From Podarcis vaucheri (lineage: Eukaryota): 64,000 bases of DNA. The position numbers and the translations under genes are program-made. The notes beneath the pieces were generated by a model. The model was not told the DNA's origin and ran no database searches. It worked only from the letters and a program-made list of their open reading frames with translations. The DNA lies in NCBI GenBank assembly GCA_965113315.1, contig OZ220363.1. One strand, written 5' to 3'. Of the stretch, positions 1 through 12,899 are shown one piece after another. Position 1 is the stretch's first letter; the number at the start of each line of letters is the position of its first letter.

Positions 1-148
1 GTATAGGTTAAAAACCAGACGCTGCTGAAATATGCTTTTAATTTCTAATCATACGACATTACCACCTTGAAACTGGGCAACAACTGTATACTCCATCTAT
101 TATTACCTGCTGTAGCTGTGCACTATTACTCCAGTTTAGTTTTGCTTC

Positions 149-262
149 TTTATTTAATTTGGCTCCTGTCCATCCAACAGGTTCCCAGGGCGGCTTACAA
201 AAAGTTACAATTAAACCAAGCAAAAATTAAAACACACACACACAATACAGCATTAAAATAAT
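149..262 (-). mobile_element. Decayed L2-type LINE 3' tail
   Basis: tttatttaattt...cccagggcggcttaca resembles the reverse of squamate L2 3' ends and of the tail at 20950-21043. Confidence 0.4.
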
Positions 263-468
263 GCATAGTAGATTTAAAAGGCTCTTAGTGTGTTGCAAGA
301 GTATATAGGGCACCATATGTATTCACATAGGGGTCCATGGCCATTGGAATCCCAGTCAATCAGAAGTCTTGCAAGGAATGCAACACATGCACACATAGCC
401 TCTTCACACTGATACCAAGCAGTCAGTAAAGTGGTCACTGCATGTGTTGGCTTCTAAGGCACAGAGGC

Positions 469-525
469 AAAGGTAAAAGGTAAAGGACCCCTGGACAGTC
501 AAGTCCAGTCAAAGGCGACTATGGG
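469..525 (-). mobile_element. Sauria SINE 3' fragment
   Basis: aaggtaaaggacccctggacagtcaagtccagtcaaaggcgactatggg is the reverse complement of the 3' end of the SINE at 13231-13592. Confidence 0.75.
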
Positions 526-3500
526 CACAGAACCAGCCCATGTATTTACTGCCCCCAGCTATCAATTGCCTTTTGGGTAGCATCACATCAAGACACAAAG
601 CCCGGGGGGCCACCAAGTATAAGTTGTTGCAAAATGGTTATTCAAACTCTAAAATGAAGAAGCCATTTATGTTAAGCATGTTTGTGGTGTCTAGAGACTG
701 AGGATATTCTAAATAGTTAATGGATTATAAATACTCATTTTGCATTCCAAATATTTGCTCCTCAATAAATTTTACTTTAGCATCTTATTCAGTTTTACTA
801 TATTTTATTTTTAAAAACATGTATTTGTAAAGCCATTATAGTCAGGTCTTAAGACCTTAGCTATTTCAAATCATCACAGGCTAATATTTTGCAGAAATTT
901 GTCAGCCCTAATTTTATGTTTGCCCTCACCCTTTCCAGAATCAATAATCCTTTAGAGTTTCAATTTGCAGCCCCTTCTCAGGTCATAAATGTTTATGGAG
1001 GTCATTAGTTGGGAGGTAGAATGCCCCCAAATGTACAACTAAGAATTAAGTGCAACTATAACCTGAGCTATGTCTATGGGATTCTAAAGAAACAGTTCAT
1101 GTGATAAGGTAGAGGATGGGTGGGGGCAGGGAACACAAAGAACAAGAAGCTCACCACTGAAACCTAACATCTCCATTTTGGAGATTTAATTGCTCTTTAT
1201 TTTATTTTTATTGTATCCACTATCCTCAAAAATGCTTATGGACTACTTTTGTGTGGTTATCACAAGGGTTACAGAATGCATTCACATGTTGCCTTCTTAA
1301 TGAGAAAATGTGTGGAACAAACCAACTGTTTGTTATATTGCCTTTCTGGGGAAAGCTTTCTTGCTCATGGAAGAAGGCAGGAGGTGTAGGCAGCAGTCTC
1401 AGCACTCAGTTGTCCCCCTGCAAATGACCTCTGCCCAATACCACCTGTCCTGTCTTGCTGTCATCTCCTGACATTCCAAAGAAATGGTAGTTCATAGCAC
1501 TAAGGATAATGCATAGTTTCAGATAATTGAAAAATCTCGTACACAAGGCAGTGACTAAATTAGCCTTCAGAAATAATTGGGGGGTTAAAATAGATTTTTC
1601 AGTTATCTGAAATCTTTATGTTGGTTCACCATCTTTTTTGTTGACATTTTGCTATTGAACACTTTATGACTTGATACCTGAATCTGCATTAGCAAAATAA
1701 AAGGCTAGCTTTGTTGGTGTATTTGATAAACACCCAGGTTTTCTTACTTGCCATTTTTCTTCCCGTCCCATCTACATTTTGCACTTCCTCATTTCCACCC
1801 TCTCAATATATTGTGCTCTCTTTCTGTTTTCCCCTTCCTTGTGTTTTTGTTGTGGAAGATGAGACATGTCATTTTTTTCCACAGTGTATGCTAGATGGTC
1901 ATTTTGCTGATTGTACAGCAGAGAGATTTGAAGCCCATTTGAAGGCTACTAATCAGTCTTTGGAATTTTATGTAAAGGTTGTTCAGAGACCCTAAAAGGC
2001 CTTCATTAACATCATTTTGTCCCACTTCCCCTCTCAGGAGAGCTACCACCACAGGAAAAATTAGGGTTGTGTAGTGACCTCAACATGGTCAGCACCCAAG
2101 ATCTGAATCTTATTTGTCATATGGTTAGGCTACTATTGTCCATGTAGACATTCTGAAAGAGTGTTTATTTGCTCTGGTGTTTTTGACCTTAGTTTAGAAC
2201 GTCATTCTGTGAAGCATCAAGATCATTGAGTTTTTGTTTTTTTGCTGTACTAACCCTATTAAAATGATGCAAGACCTGCAAAATTGAATTAGTTGGGATG
2301 TTGCAATAACATGAATATGTACTAACATTGTGTTTTATGGTAAAATATAAAATGTAGCTTGAAACTGTAAAACGGTTGCTGATGTTTTCATATGTGATTC
2401 AAAGCATCATGAACAAAATCTCTCAGGCATTAATTTTACGATGCTTTATATATTTATTTTGACAATTCCGTGTTGTGTCATAACCAAAAGCTATTATTTT
2501 GTTAGTGGTTTCAATAGAAATTTGAATGGCCATAATAATACTAAGCAGTAGTGTGATGTTTCTCAACTTTGTTGTCTATAATGACATTCCATTATAGATT
2601 AGAGAGGATTGTAAAGAATCTATTATCCCCCCCAAATTAATATTACAAGTTTTAGAAAATCAACATGTTATTTGGTACAGTTTATTCTAATAGTCACTGG
2701 CACACTGCAACTCATGAGTTGCTTAGAATATATTCTCAGGATGGAATACAGTGTCTGTCATTGCAGCACAACATGACTGGCTCTTGTGTTGTACTGATAT
2801 CATTAACTGATTCACGTCACTTCACTGCACCTTCTGAGGGCCTTCTCACCTGTAGAAATGGCCAGAAATTGCTCCCAAACTTGTGTGGTCAGGAGAGCTC
2901 TCTCCTGGTTGTACATAAAGCATTTGAGACAAACGAGCTACAGCCTTGAAATCCTCCAGTTGGGTTGGAAAGTCCACCCCCTGCAGAGGTTCCGTGGACC
3001 AAGAGGGTTCACTGTGGGAAGGGGCTTCCCCCTCAACCATCTTTGTATATGCTGCCTCATCATTTGCAGGCCTCCCCTATCCCTTGGCTGCCTCGGACAG
3101 CTTTGCACAGCCAGCAGAAGTCTGGACAGAATTTTGCCATTTACAGCTGTTAATTATTGAGGCTCCATGATTTCTGGTTGCAAATGCTTCCTGTCGCGGG
3201 ATGAGGTCCTAGTGGAAACTTGTCCGGACCTCACAGAGCTGTCATTTCAGGAGTTTGGGTGGTGTGTGTCTGTGTGTGGGAGCAACAGATGGGCTAGCAT
3301 TAGTCAGGAATGCTCCTCCAGCTTGGATTTTATTCTGAACAGGGGGGGGGGGGAATGAATTTTCACTGCTTGTATCTTCATTGAGCTGAGCTTTTCAAGG
3401 CCCTGAAGCTCTCATCCAGGCCAGACTCTAGAGAACTTCATCAGCATCTGTACATTTCTGTGTATGTTGACACTGGTCATATTGTTCATTCAACAATATT

Positions 3501-3547
3501 TTTATTGTGTCACCAACTGTGCTATTACCCCTTTACCTTCTTTTTAG

Positions 3548-3600
3548 GCTGGTAGGATGGTGGGGTCATGACTTCAAAACCCGGTTTCTCATGGAAAACA
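3548..3600 (+). CDS. KYNU: Kynureninase coding exon (fourth from last), LVGWWGHDFKTRFLMEN(K)
   Basis: Acceptor cttctttttag ends at 3547 and donor gtatgt starts at 3601 (53 bp). Translation matches human KYNU LVGWFGHELSTRFKMDN. The final A joins AA of the next exon to give Lys. Confidence 0.95.
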
Positions 3601-3949
3601 GTATGTATATTTCATATTCATTTTTATGTAAGGATTTATTTTATGGTTTATATAGATTGTATAATCAGATTCTTTCCCCCCAACCATAAAAAGAACAAAC
3701 AATGACCAAGAAGGCCACATTCCTACTTCTGATTTAACAGGCCTTTGCAGAGCGAAGTTTTATGTCATTTTTTGAGTTGCTGTACTTTACAGCCTGGTGA
3801 CTCAATATTAAAATGTTTTTAAGATGCTATATCATTTTGCTATGTTGTGATTTGCTGAGCTGAAAGGCTTTTGTAATAGTGAGTAACAATTATTCCTTGT
3901 CCCACAAATCCCTGGGCCAGAAATAGAGAAGGCCAAGAACATGTCAGAT

Positions 3950-5130
3950 ATATATATTATTTCCAACGACTTAACATGTACTAGAGCATAAACTTCTGCC
4001 TGTTTCACGGCAACAGGGATGGCAAAGAAAGCTTCTTTTGCCGCTTCTATTGCACTCTCAAGTAGCTGTCCAGCAGAGTTTTTCTGAGTGGTGAGAGGTT
4101 TGTTAACATCTCTCCTGATAAATGGGATGTTGGCGCCCCCTGAAGATTGCTGTGACATGTTTGCTAAGCACTTGAATTATAAAAGTATTAGTCTTCACAA
4201 GAACTTGAATGTTCTGGTTGTGCAGGTACAAATGAAGTGTCCAACACACCACCTGGTCACATTTTATGGGATCAGTTTCATTTTTTGAGGCCTGAAAATG
4301 TGAACAAGGTGGTTGCAGCTGTCAGCCTTCTTGATTTGCTCACTTTGCCTAATAAAGGCGAGCTGGGTGTGGTCAGGTGGGTCTAGGGTGTGGTGAATGT
4401 CTCACTGTGTGGAGGAAAAGGATATACTGCCGTGAAGAAGAAGATGGTATTGCATCTACTCCTTAAAAACCGATGTTGGACTCAAAGGCTTTTGACAGCT
4501 AATACTCATTGCTAATACTTTTTTTTGAGGAAGGTGCTTCAGCTGCAGCAACTCTTGGAAGATACTGATTCTCTTTAACCTTCCCAGGATAGGTTCAGGC
4601 CCATTTCACGGACTGAATCATAATCTGTTGCCCCATTGACCTTTATGGAGAGAGGGGTAGGACTGCAACCCTGTGGCTTCCACTCAATATTTTGGCTGGT
4701 TTTGATATAATGAACTATGGTGTTTTATTAGGCTGTCTCTGTGGGAAAGAGTTGAGAGGCTTTGTTTTGCAACGGTTCTGCTCCTACCTATGGCAGGATC
4801 CAAAGAGCATAAGGTGATTATACCATGAATCCCTGGAGTTCTGCCATAGGGAACCATTTCATTGCCAAAGCTAGTTTAACTTCCAATATGAAGCTGTTGG
4901 GAGCAGTTATGTAGAGATTTGGAGCCTGGTGTCATCAATATGTGAAGTTGATAATGCTTAGCTATATTTCTCTAAATTTTTTGGGGGGAGGGGGGCATGC
5001 AGGTCCTAACCAACGCTGTATGCATTGTATGTATGATGCCTGTATGCCTTGGTACACTGGATGAGGGCTAACAAAACCAAAAGTACTTTCTGACAAGATG
5101 GAAGCCCTGTGAGTGATTGGTTCTTCGTTC
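3950..5130 (+). mobile_element. Decayed L2 (CR1/L2 clade) ORF2 fragments in a KYNU intron
   Basis: Relic translation AKKASFAASIALSSSCPAE..VVRGLL..EDCCDMFAKH at 4020-4200, and a decayed RT region with a WMRANK-like segment at 4890-5110. Both resemble L2 ORF2. Many stops and indels. Confidence 0.6.
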
Positions 5131-5179
5131 TGGGAACAAACAAAAGCTAGGGATCTAATAGAATGTGTTCATCTTGCAG

Positions 5180-5265
5180 AATTGCAACTGAGCCCTGGCA
5201 TCAATGGATTTCGACTATCAAACCCTTCGATTTTATTGGTGTGCGCCCTCCATGCTAGTTTAGAG
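5180..5265 (+). CDS. KYNU: Kynureninase coding exon, (K)[28 protein letters not shown]
   Basis: Acceptor atcttgcag and donor gtgag (86 bp). Matches human [29 protein letters not shown]. Frame is continuous with both neighbours. Confidence 0.96.
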
Positions 5266-5563
5266 GTGAGCAATTACATTTTCATGACAGATCAAGTACA
5301 AACAAATGAAGCAATTTGTGTAGTATTAACCTACATTGTGTTCTATACAGCAGTTAAACAAAAAGTCTGGTTGAAGACTAATGTAATATAAAAAGGATGA
5401 TCTCACTGCTATGAATATACTGCCAGCCTTAACATCTGCTTGTAGCAAAGCAGTGAAGAGAACACTGGAATTCTTGCCTGGTTGCTGCCTCTACCATGGT
5501 TTTAAAAAAATGCCACTCCTTCCCTTCCCCAGAGTGGCTGGAGAAACCCAGCCATATGGTCAG

Positions 5564-5565
<2 letters not shown>

Positions 5566-5620
<55 letters not shown>
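5566..5620. repeat. (TAA)18 microsatellite
   Basis: Perfect trinucleotide run. It explains the poly-N, poly-I and poly-Y ORFs in the track. Confidence 0.98.
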
Positions 5621-8047
5621 TTTGTGCCACATAACTTGCTTGGAGGAGGAGAAAGCAGAAATAGCATCTTGATGGAATGCTAGAGACAGGCATTAATTTT
5701 AAAACAAAGCTGAAGTATGTTCTAGCACCATGAATTCTTTTTTTAAAATAATGAACCTGTCTTCAGCTAGTTGTCACTTATACTAAAGCAGCACTTGTGT
5801 GTTCACATGTGGATTTTTATTTTTTTGGCAAGAAATAAAGAGGTCAGATAGGTGTCGTATACAGCTACTGGTGAGCTGAAAGTCCCTTAAGGATGTTTTC
5901 CCAGTGAAAATAGGGTGGCGCTGTGGGCAAAGAGAAAGAAGAAAATACAGAATTAAGGGGGGGATTGGTGCATTGGGATTTTCTAGGAAAAGTAGTAGCA
6001 GTGCCCCTTCCCCTCTTCTTGCTTTATAAAATAATTTTGCTGCTGCCAGTAGTAGATGTCACCATCCCTTCTCCCCCAACAGTATCCTAGTACATTGTCC
6101 CAGGCAAGGAATGTGCTGTCTGGATTGTCATTGCTTTCAGTGGCAACAAAAGTACAGTATGTTTAAAGTTAAGAAATTGTGTGGAGAGGGTGGGTGTGCT
6201 GCCAACATCACTTCTCACAGTAAGTCCCTTTCTCCTGAAAATAGTTACTTTATGCCCAATGGAGAAAAATAGCCAAAACAGTCCCAACTTTCACAGCTGT
6301 GAATGGGCATTCAAAATATTCATCTCGGCCTTATGGGGCTGACTTACAAATATTAATTTGAACTAGCCATATCTTGGATCACAACCATCTGCTCTTCCTT
6401 AACATCACTTAATTTTGAATGTTTTACACTACTAGACACATAGTGCCAAGTCACTAGGTCATTTCCCCCATTCTTATAATGGCTACAAAGTAAGACTGCT
6501 TCATTTCATAAAATTTCCAGGGTCATTTTCACTTGCATTTCAAGATACCTTTATATTTTTTCTGTTCATTGCTTAGCAGACTGACCTGGACTATGTACCA
6601 AAAGGCCAGGCATGTGACCACAGATGTTTGTATCTTGACATACATCTAGCAGTCACCCATAATGTAGAATAAGACCTTATGGCTCCCTTGCTTGATTTAT
6701 CAGTTGATGCACAGGAGAACAAAATGAAGGTAGATGCGAAATTTAAATGTGTTCTAAAAGTTTCGCTTGTGAATCTGCAAGGTTTCTACAAGGAAGTAAA
6801 GTGTGCGTCCAATACAGATACAATGGAAATGGATAATGTATCTTGGAACAATATTTGAGATAGGGAATCATTATTGTCCCAACTTCCTTCTCATATGTGA
6901 GTTCCTAAGGGGGAAAATATTTTCTCAGAGCTTAAAAGAGAGACCTCTATCAATTGTCATTTCCATGCACAGAATGTCTAGTGTTCTGTGATGATTCCTG
7001 AAATTGGCTTGTTTGCAGAAAACCATCAGCGATCTTCAGGATGGGATTATATAATGATGTTGACTCATAATGCCACTTACATGCTGATTTCTGTCAGATG
7101 CTAATTTAGTGCATGCATATTTGAATGAAAAATAATATTTTATAACTTTCTGTAACCTGCAACATTCAAAGTTTTTAAAACGTACTTGTATTCATTGCAG
7201 CCTTTAGTTGTCTGTTAGGGACATTCTGAATCCATCTGGGGGAAAAATAATTTTCTAAATGCTATCATCAGTCCTAAATAAATAAAGCCAGAGAATTATC
7301 AGTAATTTTACTGTTTGCTTTTCCTGCTCTGAAAAATTGCAAAGGGGCACGGCAATACTTTTTCTTCTGTTTGGCAATTCATTTTGCTTGTCCTTAAACA
7401 TCTCTTGTATTTTTGTAAACTTTATGTGACCTTAGAGATGCTTCTCCGCTCTGACCCAGATGGTGCTGTTCATAAGGGGGAGGGGGAGCAGCCATTTAGC
7501 CCACGGCAGGGGGTCAAAGGCAATGAGAGCTCATCAGTTTCTATGGACTTGCCTTTTTGCGCCTGTGTTCCTCTTTTGGCACAGTCAGGATTCCCTTGTG
7601 CTAATTGCTGTAGTACAGTGAAATAGAATGTGTATCTGGCAAGAGATGGCTTGCAAAATTGTTTCCCATCTTGCTCTGGGATGCATTAAACAGAGGGTAC
7701 AGCTTCTAAAGAAAATACTAAGCAATGTAAGTGTAAATGCACAGCAAGGACAATCTCTTGCCTTTTGCGAGGGGAGAATGTTTGTTGTGGGGACATTATT
7801 CCTGGCAGCATTCCCACACCCCTTGCAAAGTCACAAGTGAATAGACTTTATATGGCCTAATCTTGCAGAAGAAACCCTAAGTTTCTGCAACCGTAGGCAG
7901 CTTCTACATAAAGGTGCACAATATTTTTACCCCCTTGTGCATCCACAAGTCTCAGTGCCATTAAACTGGTGGCATTCTTATTCTCAAGGCCACCCTCCAA
8001 GCAGTGTAGGGTACAAGTTCCAAAAAACAATCGTCTTATGCTGTTCC

Positions 8048-8485
8048 TAGGGAAGAGGGAGAAATTCAGTTCAGTTCACATTTAAAGGCAAACCTGCCTA
8101 ACTGCTTTCCGAAACAATATTCAAACTGGAACACGGCCATCCTTGAAATTCACTCTTCTCCAAATTTTGTAGCACAGTTCTTCAGCTAAGGAATGTATAT
8201 GCAAAAAAATGCATGTACTAGAGTCAAGTGTGCATAAAAATGTAAACTTTAGCAAAAATAAGAGAAAATGTGTTAGATTAGGGGAAACTGCTTTGGAAGA
8301 TGTTTATATTAGGCAGGATTGCTTACATTGAGTATATTAGGTAGAAATTCACACTACAATTCTGGTGAATTTTCATGACATTTAAAGAAAAAATTCAGAG
8401 TGATGTGAGAATGTGTAGAAATGAATTTAAGATTGGAAAATAAGAAACAGAGAAGAACATAAACTGAAAGATTCTCCCATCCCTA
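8048..8485. mobile_element. Old non-autonomous hAT-like DNA element
   Basis: Imperfect TIRs TAGGGAAGAGGGAGAA and TTCTCCCATCCCTA. The 8-bp flanks GCTGTTCC and GTCGTTCC match at 6 of 8 positions. Confidence 0.55.
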
Positions 8486-9114
8486 GTCGTTCCTTTCTAG
8501 GGATGCGTCTGTTCTTCCTTGGAACTACAGCAATCAGATTGAAACAACAATTTCATTAGATGATAATGAAAAGATCTTTGCTTGGTGCCAAAAAATAGAA
8601 CAGACTTAGAACCAGGAAAATCTCCCTAGGATAGCACCACCAAGAAGCCACTATCACCAGTCATTACCCATCTCGCATCAGCCAAAACGGGGACCAGAAG
8701 AAGGGACTTTAAATATAGCTGTACTATGAGGATAACATTTCTGACCTAGTTTGCATTGCTCTTATAAGGATTACTGAGAGAAAACATTTTTCTCCTGAGC
8801 ACAGCATCTGCATATTCTGGACAGCTTGAGAATGAAACTCACAACGGCATTCATACATTTATGTTCACAAATGTTCTTCCCAACCATATGAGTGCTCTTG
8901 TGCACTCAGGTGCAGATATATCTACTTTCATTAAAATGACTGGCTTTATTTCTGATACTAAGTTTTTATCTTACAATACTCAAAAGTCACTTTTTGCAAA
9001 GCTAAAGTAGATCATAGGATATAGGCTTTGTAGAGAAGGATGCAGTTTACATTTGTCTGGGCTCTCTTTGTTTTGCTGCAATGATGTAGTTGTCTGTTTT
9101 TATTTTAAATATAG

Positions 9115-9345
9115 GTATTTGGTCAAACTACAATGAAACTCCTGAGAAGGAAATCCATTCTTCTGACTGGTTACTTGGAATATTTGATAAAGCATTACTA
9201 TAGTGAAGATACAAATGACCCCGAGCAGCCCTTTGTAAGAATAATCACGCCTTCCCAAATTGAAGAAAGAGGATGCCAGCTCACACTGGTCTTTTCAGTT
9301 CCAATTAAGGATATTTTTAAAGAGTTGGAAAAAAGAGGTGTCGCT
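9115..9345 (+). CDS. KYNU: Kynureninase penultimate coding exon, [27 protein letters not shown]...ELEKRGVA
   Basis: Acceptor tattttaaatatag and donor gtaagt (231 bp, phase 0/0). [17 protein letters not shown] and ERGCQLT motifs of kynureninase are present. Confidence 0.97.
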
Positions 9346-11108
9346 GTAAGTAACCAAGGCTTCGCATTGCTTTATTTAACAAAGATAGTGGGCTGTGTGA
9401 TAATTCTAGAATTGCTTCTATTCACCGCTGCTTAGGTCAGAAGGAAGAGGGGGAATCAGAATACCGATATGGTTCTTCAAAACACATAAATTGGTTTATG
9501 GTGGTGTTATTATGTTTGCCCTGGGGGACAAACAAAATAAAATATATAAGGTGATACCTTTATTGTAGACTTCCCCAGCAAAAATAAATGTGTGCATGCA
9601 AGAAAAGGTATCACTTGACTATCTTGAGCATTTTAAGGCTTAATTCAAATCACTTTTGAAGCTGTCTATATTGTATTGGACTTATAGTAGTGGCACTGAT
9701 TAACTGAGCTGGTGTGATGGCCCGGAACGCTCACAGAACTAAACAGTTTGCAGTTCAGCTTCTGGAAGAGAACAGAAAGTTGCCAGTTGGGCTAGGATTA
9801 AAATCTTGCACAGGAATAGATTAAAGACTGGGGAGAGGTCCCAAACAGGAACTGTAGAGGTGAGGAGGCTGAAGGTAGAATGCAGAAGAGTGAGTAATGG
9901 GCTGAGTAGTTAGAAGAGAGTGTAGTTCAAAAGGAGTTGAGAGTAGAAGACAGAGGAAATGGAAAACTGAGGCAAGAAGGGACTAGTTGGAGAAAAGGAT
10001 CTGAAGCAAATCCACAGCATTAAGATTAAGAGTAGTTGTGTGCTATGGAAGGGGAAACGAAACTGTGAAGGCATCTGCCCAGGAAAGAGGGGGTCCCGCT
10101 TGTCACCTTCCTCATATCTTGCTAGCCACTGACAAAACAAAAGTGAGATGTTTTTACAATCTACTAGAAATGGCTTCTTAACGTATCATTTGAAAGGGCG
10201 GTATGTGCCTATGTGTTTCAATAATATGCTGCCATGACAGTCTCTCAGCTATTGCTTATTTGTAAGATAATGTAATGCACAAAGTCAGAGGCAGCTTCCC
10301 TGACCTGACCTACTTTATCATTCTTGCTCTCCACTGCCACTATATTTCCCACCCACAATCCCTTTTCCTCACAAGAATTCTCAGAATCCCAGAGCACCAA
10401 CATTCTAGAACAGCAGGTCTTTGGGGGCCACCACCACAATTCCCTTTTCTTTTAAGAACCCAATCCTGAAAATCAGTATTAACTGATTAGACACATGACT
10501 ATTAGTTTCCTACATCTTCCCTGTGTAGGAAATGACAATCTGGGCTCCTAAAGCAATGGGATTTCTTATTCCTTTATTTCTGCATTGGTCCTTGTCCTCT
10601 GGCATAGGGTGTGACTATGCCAGAGCTCAGAGGTCTCTGAAAACATTCTGATGCATATAGCAACTAGTTTCCAAATATCACATAATAACTCATTTGTATT
10701 AATTTCTCTTCCCCTTGTCCCCCTGATTTTTCAGCTTGGAATGGCAAAACATGAATTAGTATCTACCTTCCCTTCTAAAAAAAAAGGCTTATTGTGGTTT
10801 TAACATCCCAACCCTACACTTAGTTACATAGCAGCAAGCCGCATTAAACATGAGACTTACTTCTTTGAGTAAACCTATATAGAATTGCACTGTAAAATAT
10901 ACCATGGAAAAATCAATACCAAGAACCCTAGCTCTCCATCTTTCCCCTCTATTCTCAGTTTATATGGGCCAGAAATGGGAGAAAGCATTGCATTTGGCCA
11001 GCATTATAACAGGAGCACAAACTTTATGTTAGCTTTGCTGCTTTTGGAGTTTGGCAAACAAATATGAAGCTATATTAATTTGCTAGATGTTTATTGGCTG
11101 TTTTGCAG

Positions 11109-11252
11109 TGTGACATTCGGGAACCCAATGCTCTCCGTGTTGCCCCCGTTCCTCTCTACAATTCTTTCCATGACGTGCACAGATTTATTGAAATCCTGGG
11201 ATCTGCAATGGCATCTGTAAAGCAAAGAACAAACACTGCAGCACTTTCCTGA
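11109..11252 (+). CDS. KYNU: Kynureninase terminal coding exon, CDIREPNALRVAPVPLYNSFHDVHRFIEILGSAMASVKQRTNTAALS*
   Basis: Acceptor ttttgcag ends at 11108. Contains the conserved RVAPVPLYNSFHDV motif. Stop TGA at 11250-11252. Missing from the ORF track on the + strand. Confidence 0.97.
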   Translation, partial: CDIREPNALRVAPVPLYNSFHDVHRFIEILGSAMASVKQRTNTAALS

Positions 11253-11424
11253 TCTTACTGACGGTGCAGCTATACTTTTTAATCTCTTACTAAGATGCAT
11301 CAATGCTTCTGAGCAATTTTTGTTTGTTTGTTTGTTTCTCTTGGGCTGGGCTATATGTATTCCATCCATTTGCCCCAAAAGATTAATTTTGCTTGGATAG
11401 TTATTTACAATAGATACACTTTTT

Positions 11425-11430
11425 ATTAAA
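11425..11430 (+). terminator. Candidate KYNU polyadenylation signal (ATTAAA)
   Basis: ATTAAA about 170 nt after the stop codon, followed by T-rich sequence. No transcript evidence available. Confidence 0.4.
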
Positions 11431-12899
11431 ACTCATTATTTCTACTTATTTGGGCTCCATAAATTAATATGCTTTATGTATTTTAATAGGGTTAGTCTTT
11501 AGCATTCTAGATACTTTCTTCATTTAGATAATTCTGGTTTACTTCTGACAGGCGAAACAGAAAGACAGCTGCAAACCTAATCTTTGTCTAATGTCACTGT
11601 GTGGAATAAGGCACTATATACAACTCTGTGGATATAACCTGCATTGGATTTTAATTTGCGCTGAAATTGTATTCATAAACATCTAAGTAGAATTTAAGAA
11701 TTCACAAATGACTTAAGTTTTAGACATCTCAACTTTTGTTTAAATGTATTTAGCGTTTCTCACAAACCTTCTGCTGAGTTGCTTTGCTCACTTATAGCCG
11801 TTTATGAAGGATTTACAGCTCCCCTGGATACCCAGGCAAAATAATGGCCCAGAAGCCTGCTTCTTTAGAAGAACAGATCCAGGGGGATCCTGGTCTATAT
11901 CTATTTGTGCTCTTGTGGTCATCAAGGTATATGTGTTGACATCGTACCTCTGACATTGGTTTTAAAAGAATGCCAATCTTCTGGAATGCTGAGGCATCCT
12001 ACTGTTTTGTTCTTCAACGTGCTCAGTGATTGTGAAACACTTTCATTAAGCAAGTGGGGCTTGACTCCTAATTCAGTGTAGAATCATGGGCTTATCCTGT
12101 AAGTGCACCAGATGTGGTATGATTGAGGCAAATGTATGCTGCTTAGTAAACTGTCACTGTAATCCACCACCATATCCGTCTAATCACTGGGCCATCTGAA
12201 AAATATTTAGACATTATGCTGTCTGAATATGTAAGGAGCAACAAGAGACCAACATTTTGTACATCAACCATCAGTGTATATTGCACCATACTCACTTTAT
12301 CCCACTGTAACAAACTTTGCTTTAATCTTGTACTTCAGGGGTTCCCCCTCCCCCAATATGTTGCATATGGGGAACTATAATCTATAAAGTATACATTTTG
12401 TATGAGAGAAATATGGCAAAATGAGTTGAGTGTGAAGACAAAGGAAAGGTGGAGAGCACAGTTCTGGTAAGTCTTGGTGACATGGTATCTAGATAGCTGG
12501 TGATCCTTTAGTCCTTTTTAATACGTTTTTTTTCTGAACGCTTACTGGATATTCATAAAAATTATCTGGGTTTGTGTTTGAATTCAGCCATGATGCTATA
12601 GCCAGTTCTGAATGGATGTATTTGTATAAGACAGCTCTCTGCCAATACTTAATTTACATGGGTATTCTTACAACATTTTCAGTGTACTGCTGATACCATG
12701 TGTGAATAAGCCCCAGGAAGCCTATGATAACTTACTGTGCTGTATAACATTCCATATATGCCACTTATTAAATAATGAGGAAAATGAGGACTTTAAAGAG
12801 TAACTTTTAAAAAGCAAACTTTTTTTTTTTTTGCAGAATTGTAACTCTGGAAATTTGCATTTTTAGTTACAGCAGGTAGTAAAGTCAAACCAATGGAGA

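Noticed and set aside
2780-3360. GC-richer block with several overlapping 60-100 aa ORFs and a minus-strand CAG|GTGAG
   Set aside because: No recognisable protein. It is most likely an old repeat that I cannot classify.
1-3547. Upstream KYNU exon (YLN.G.GG.AGAF.HEKH-like)
   Set aside because: Not found by eye, and presumed to lie before the window.
5411-5693. Poly-Asn, poly-Ile and poly-Tyr ORFs
   Set aside because: They are translations of the (TAA)n microsatellite.
9111-9120. AG|GT at the KYNU exon start as a recursive splice site
   Set aside because: GTATTT is a weak donor, the intron is short, and GTA is simply a Val codon.
9713-10134. Purine-rich TG...CA segment resembling a solo LTR
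   Set aside because: No target-site duplication could be found.
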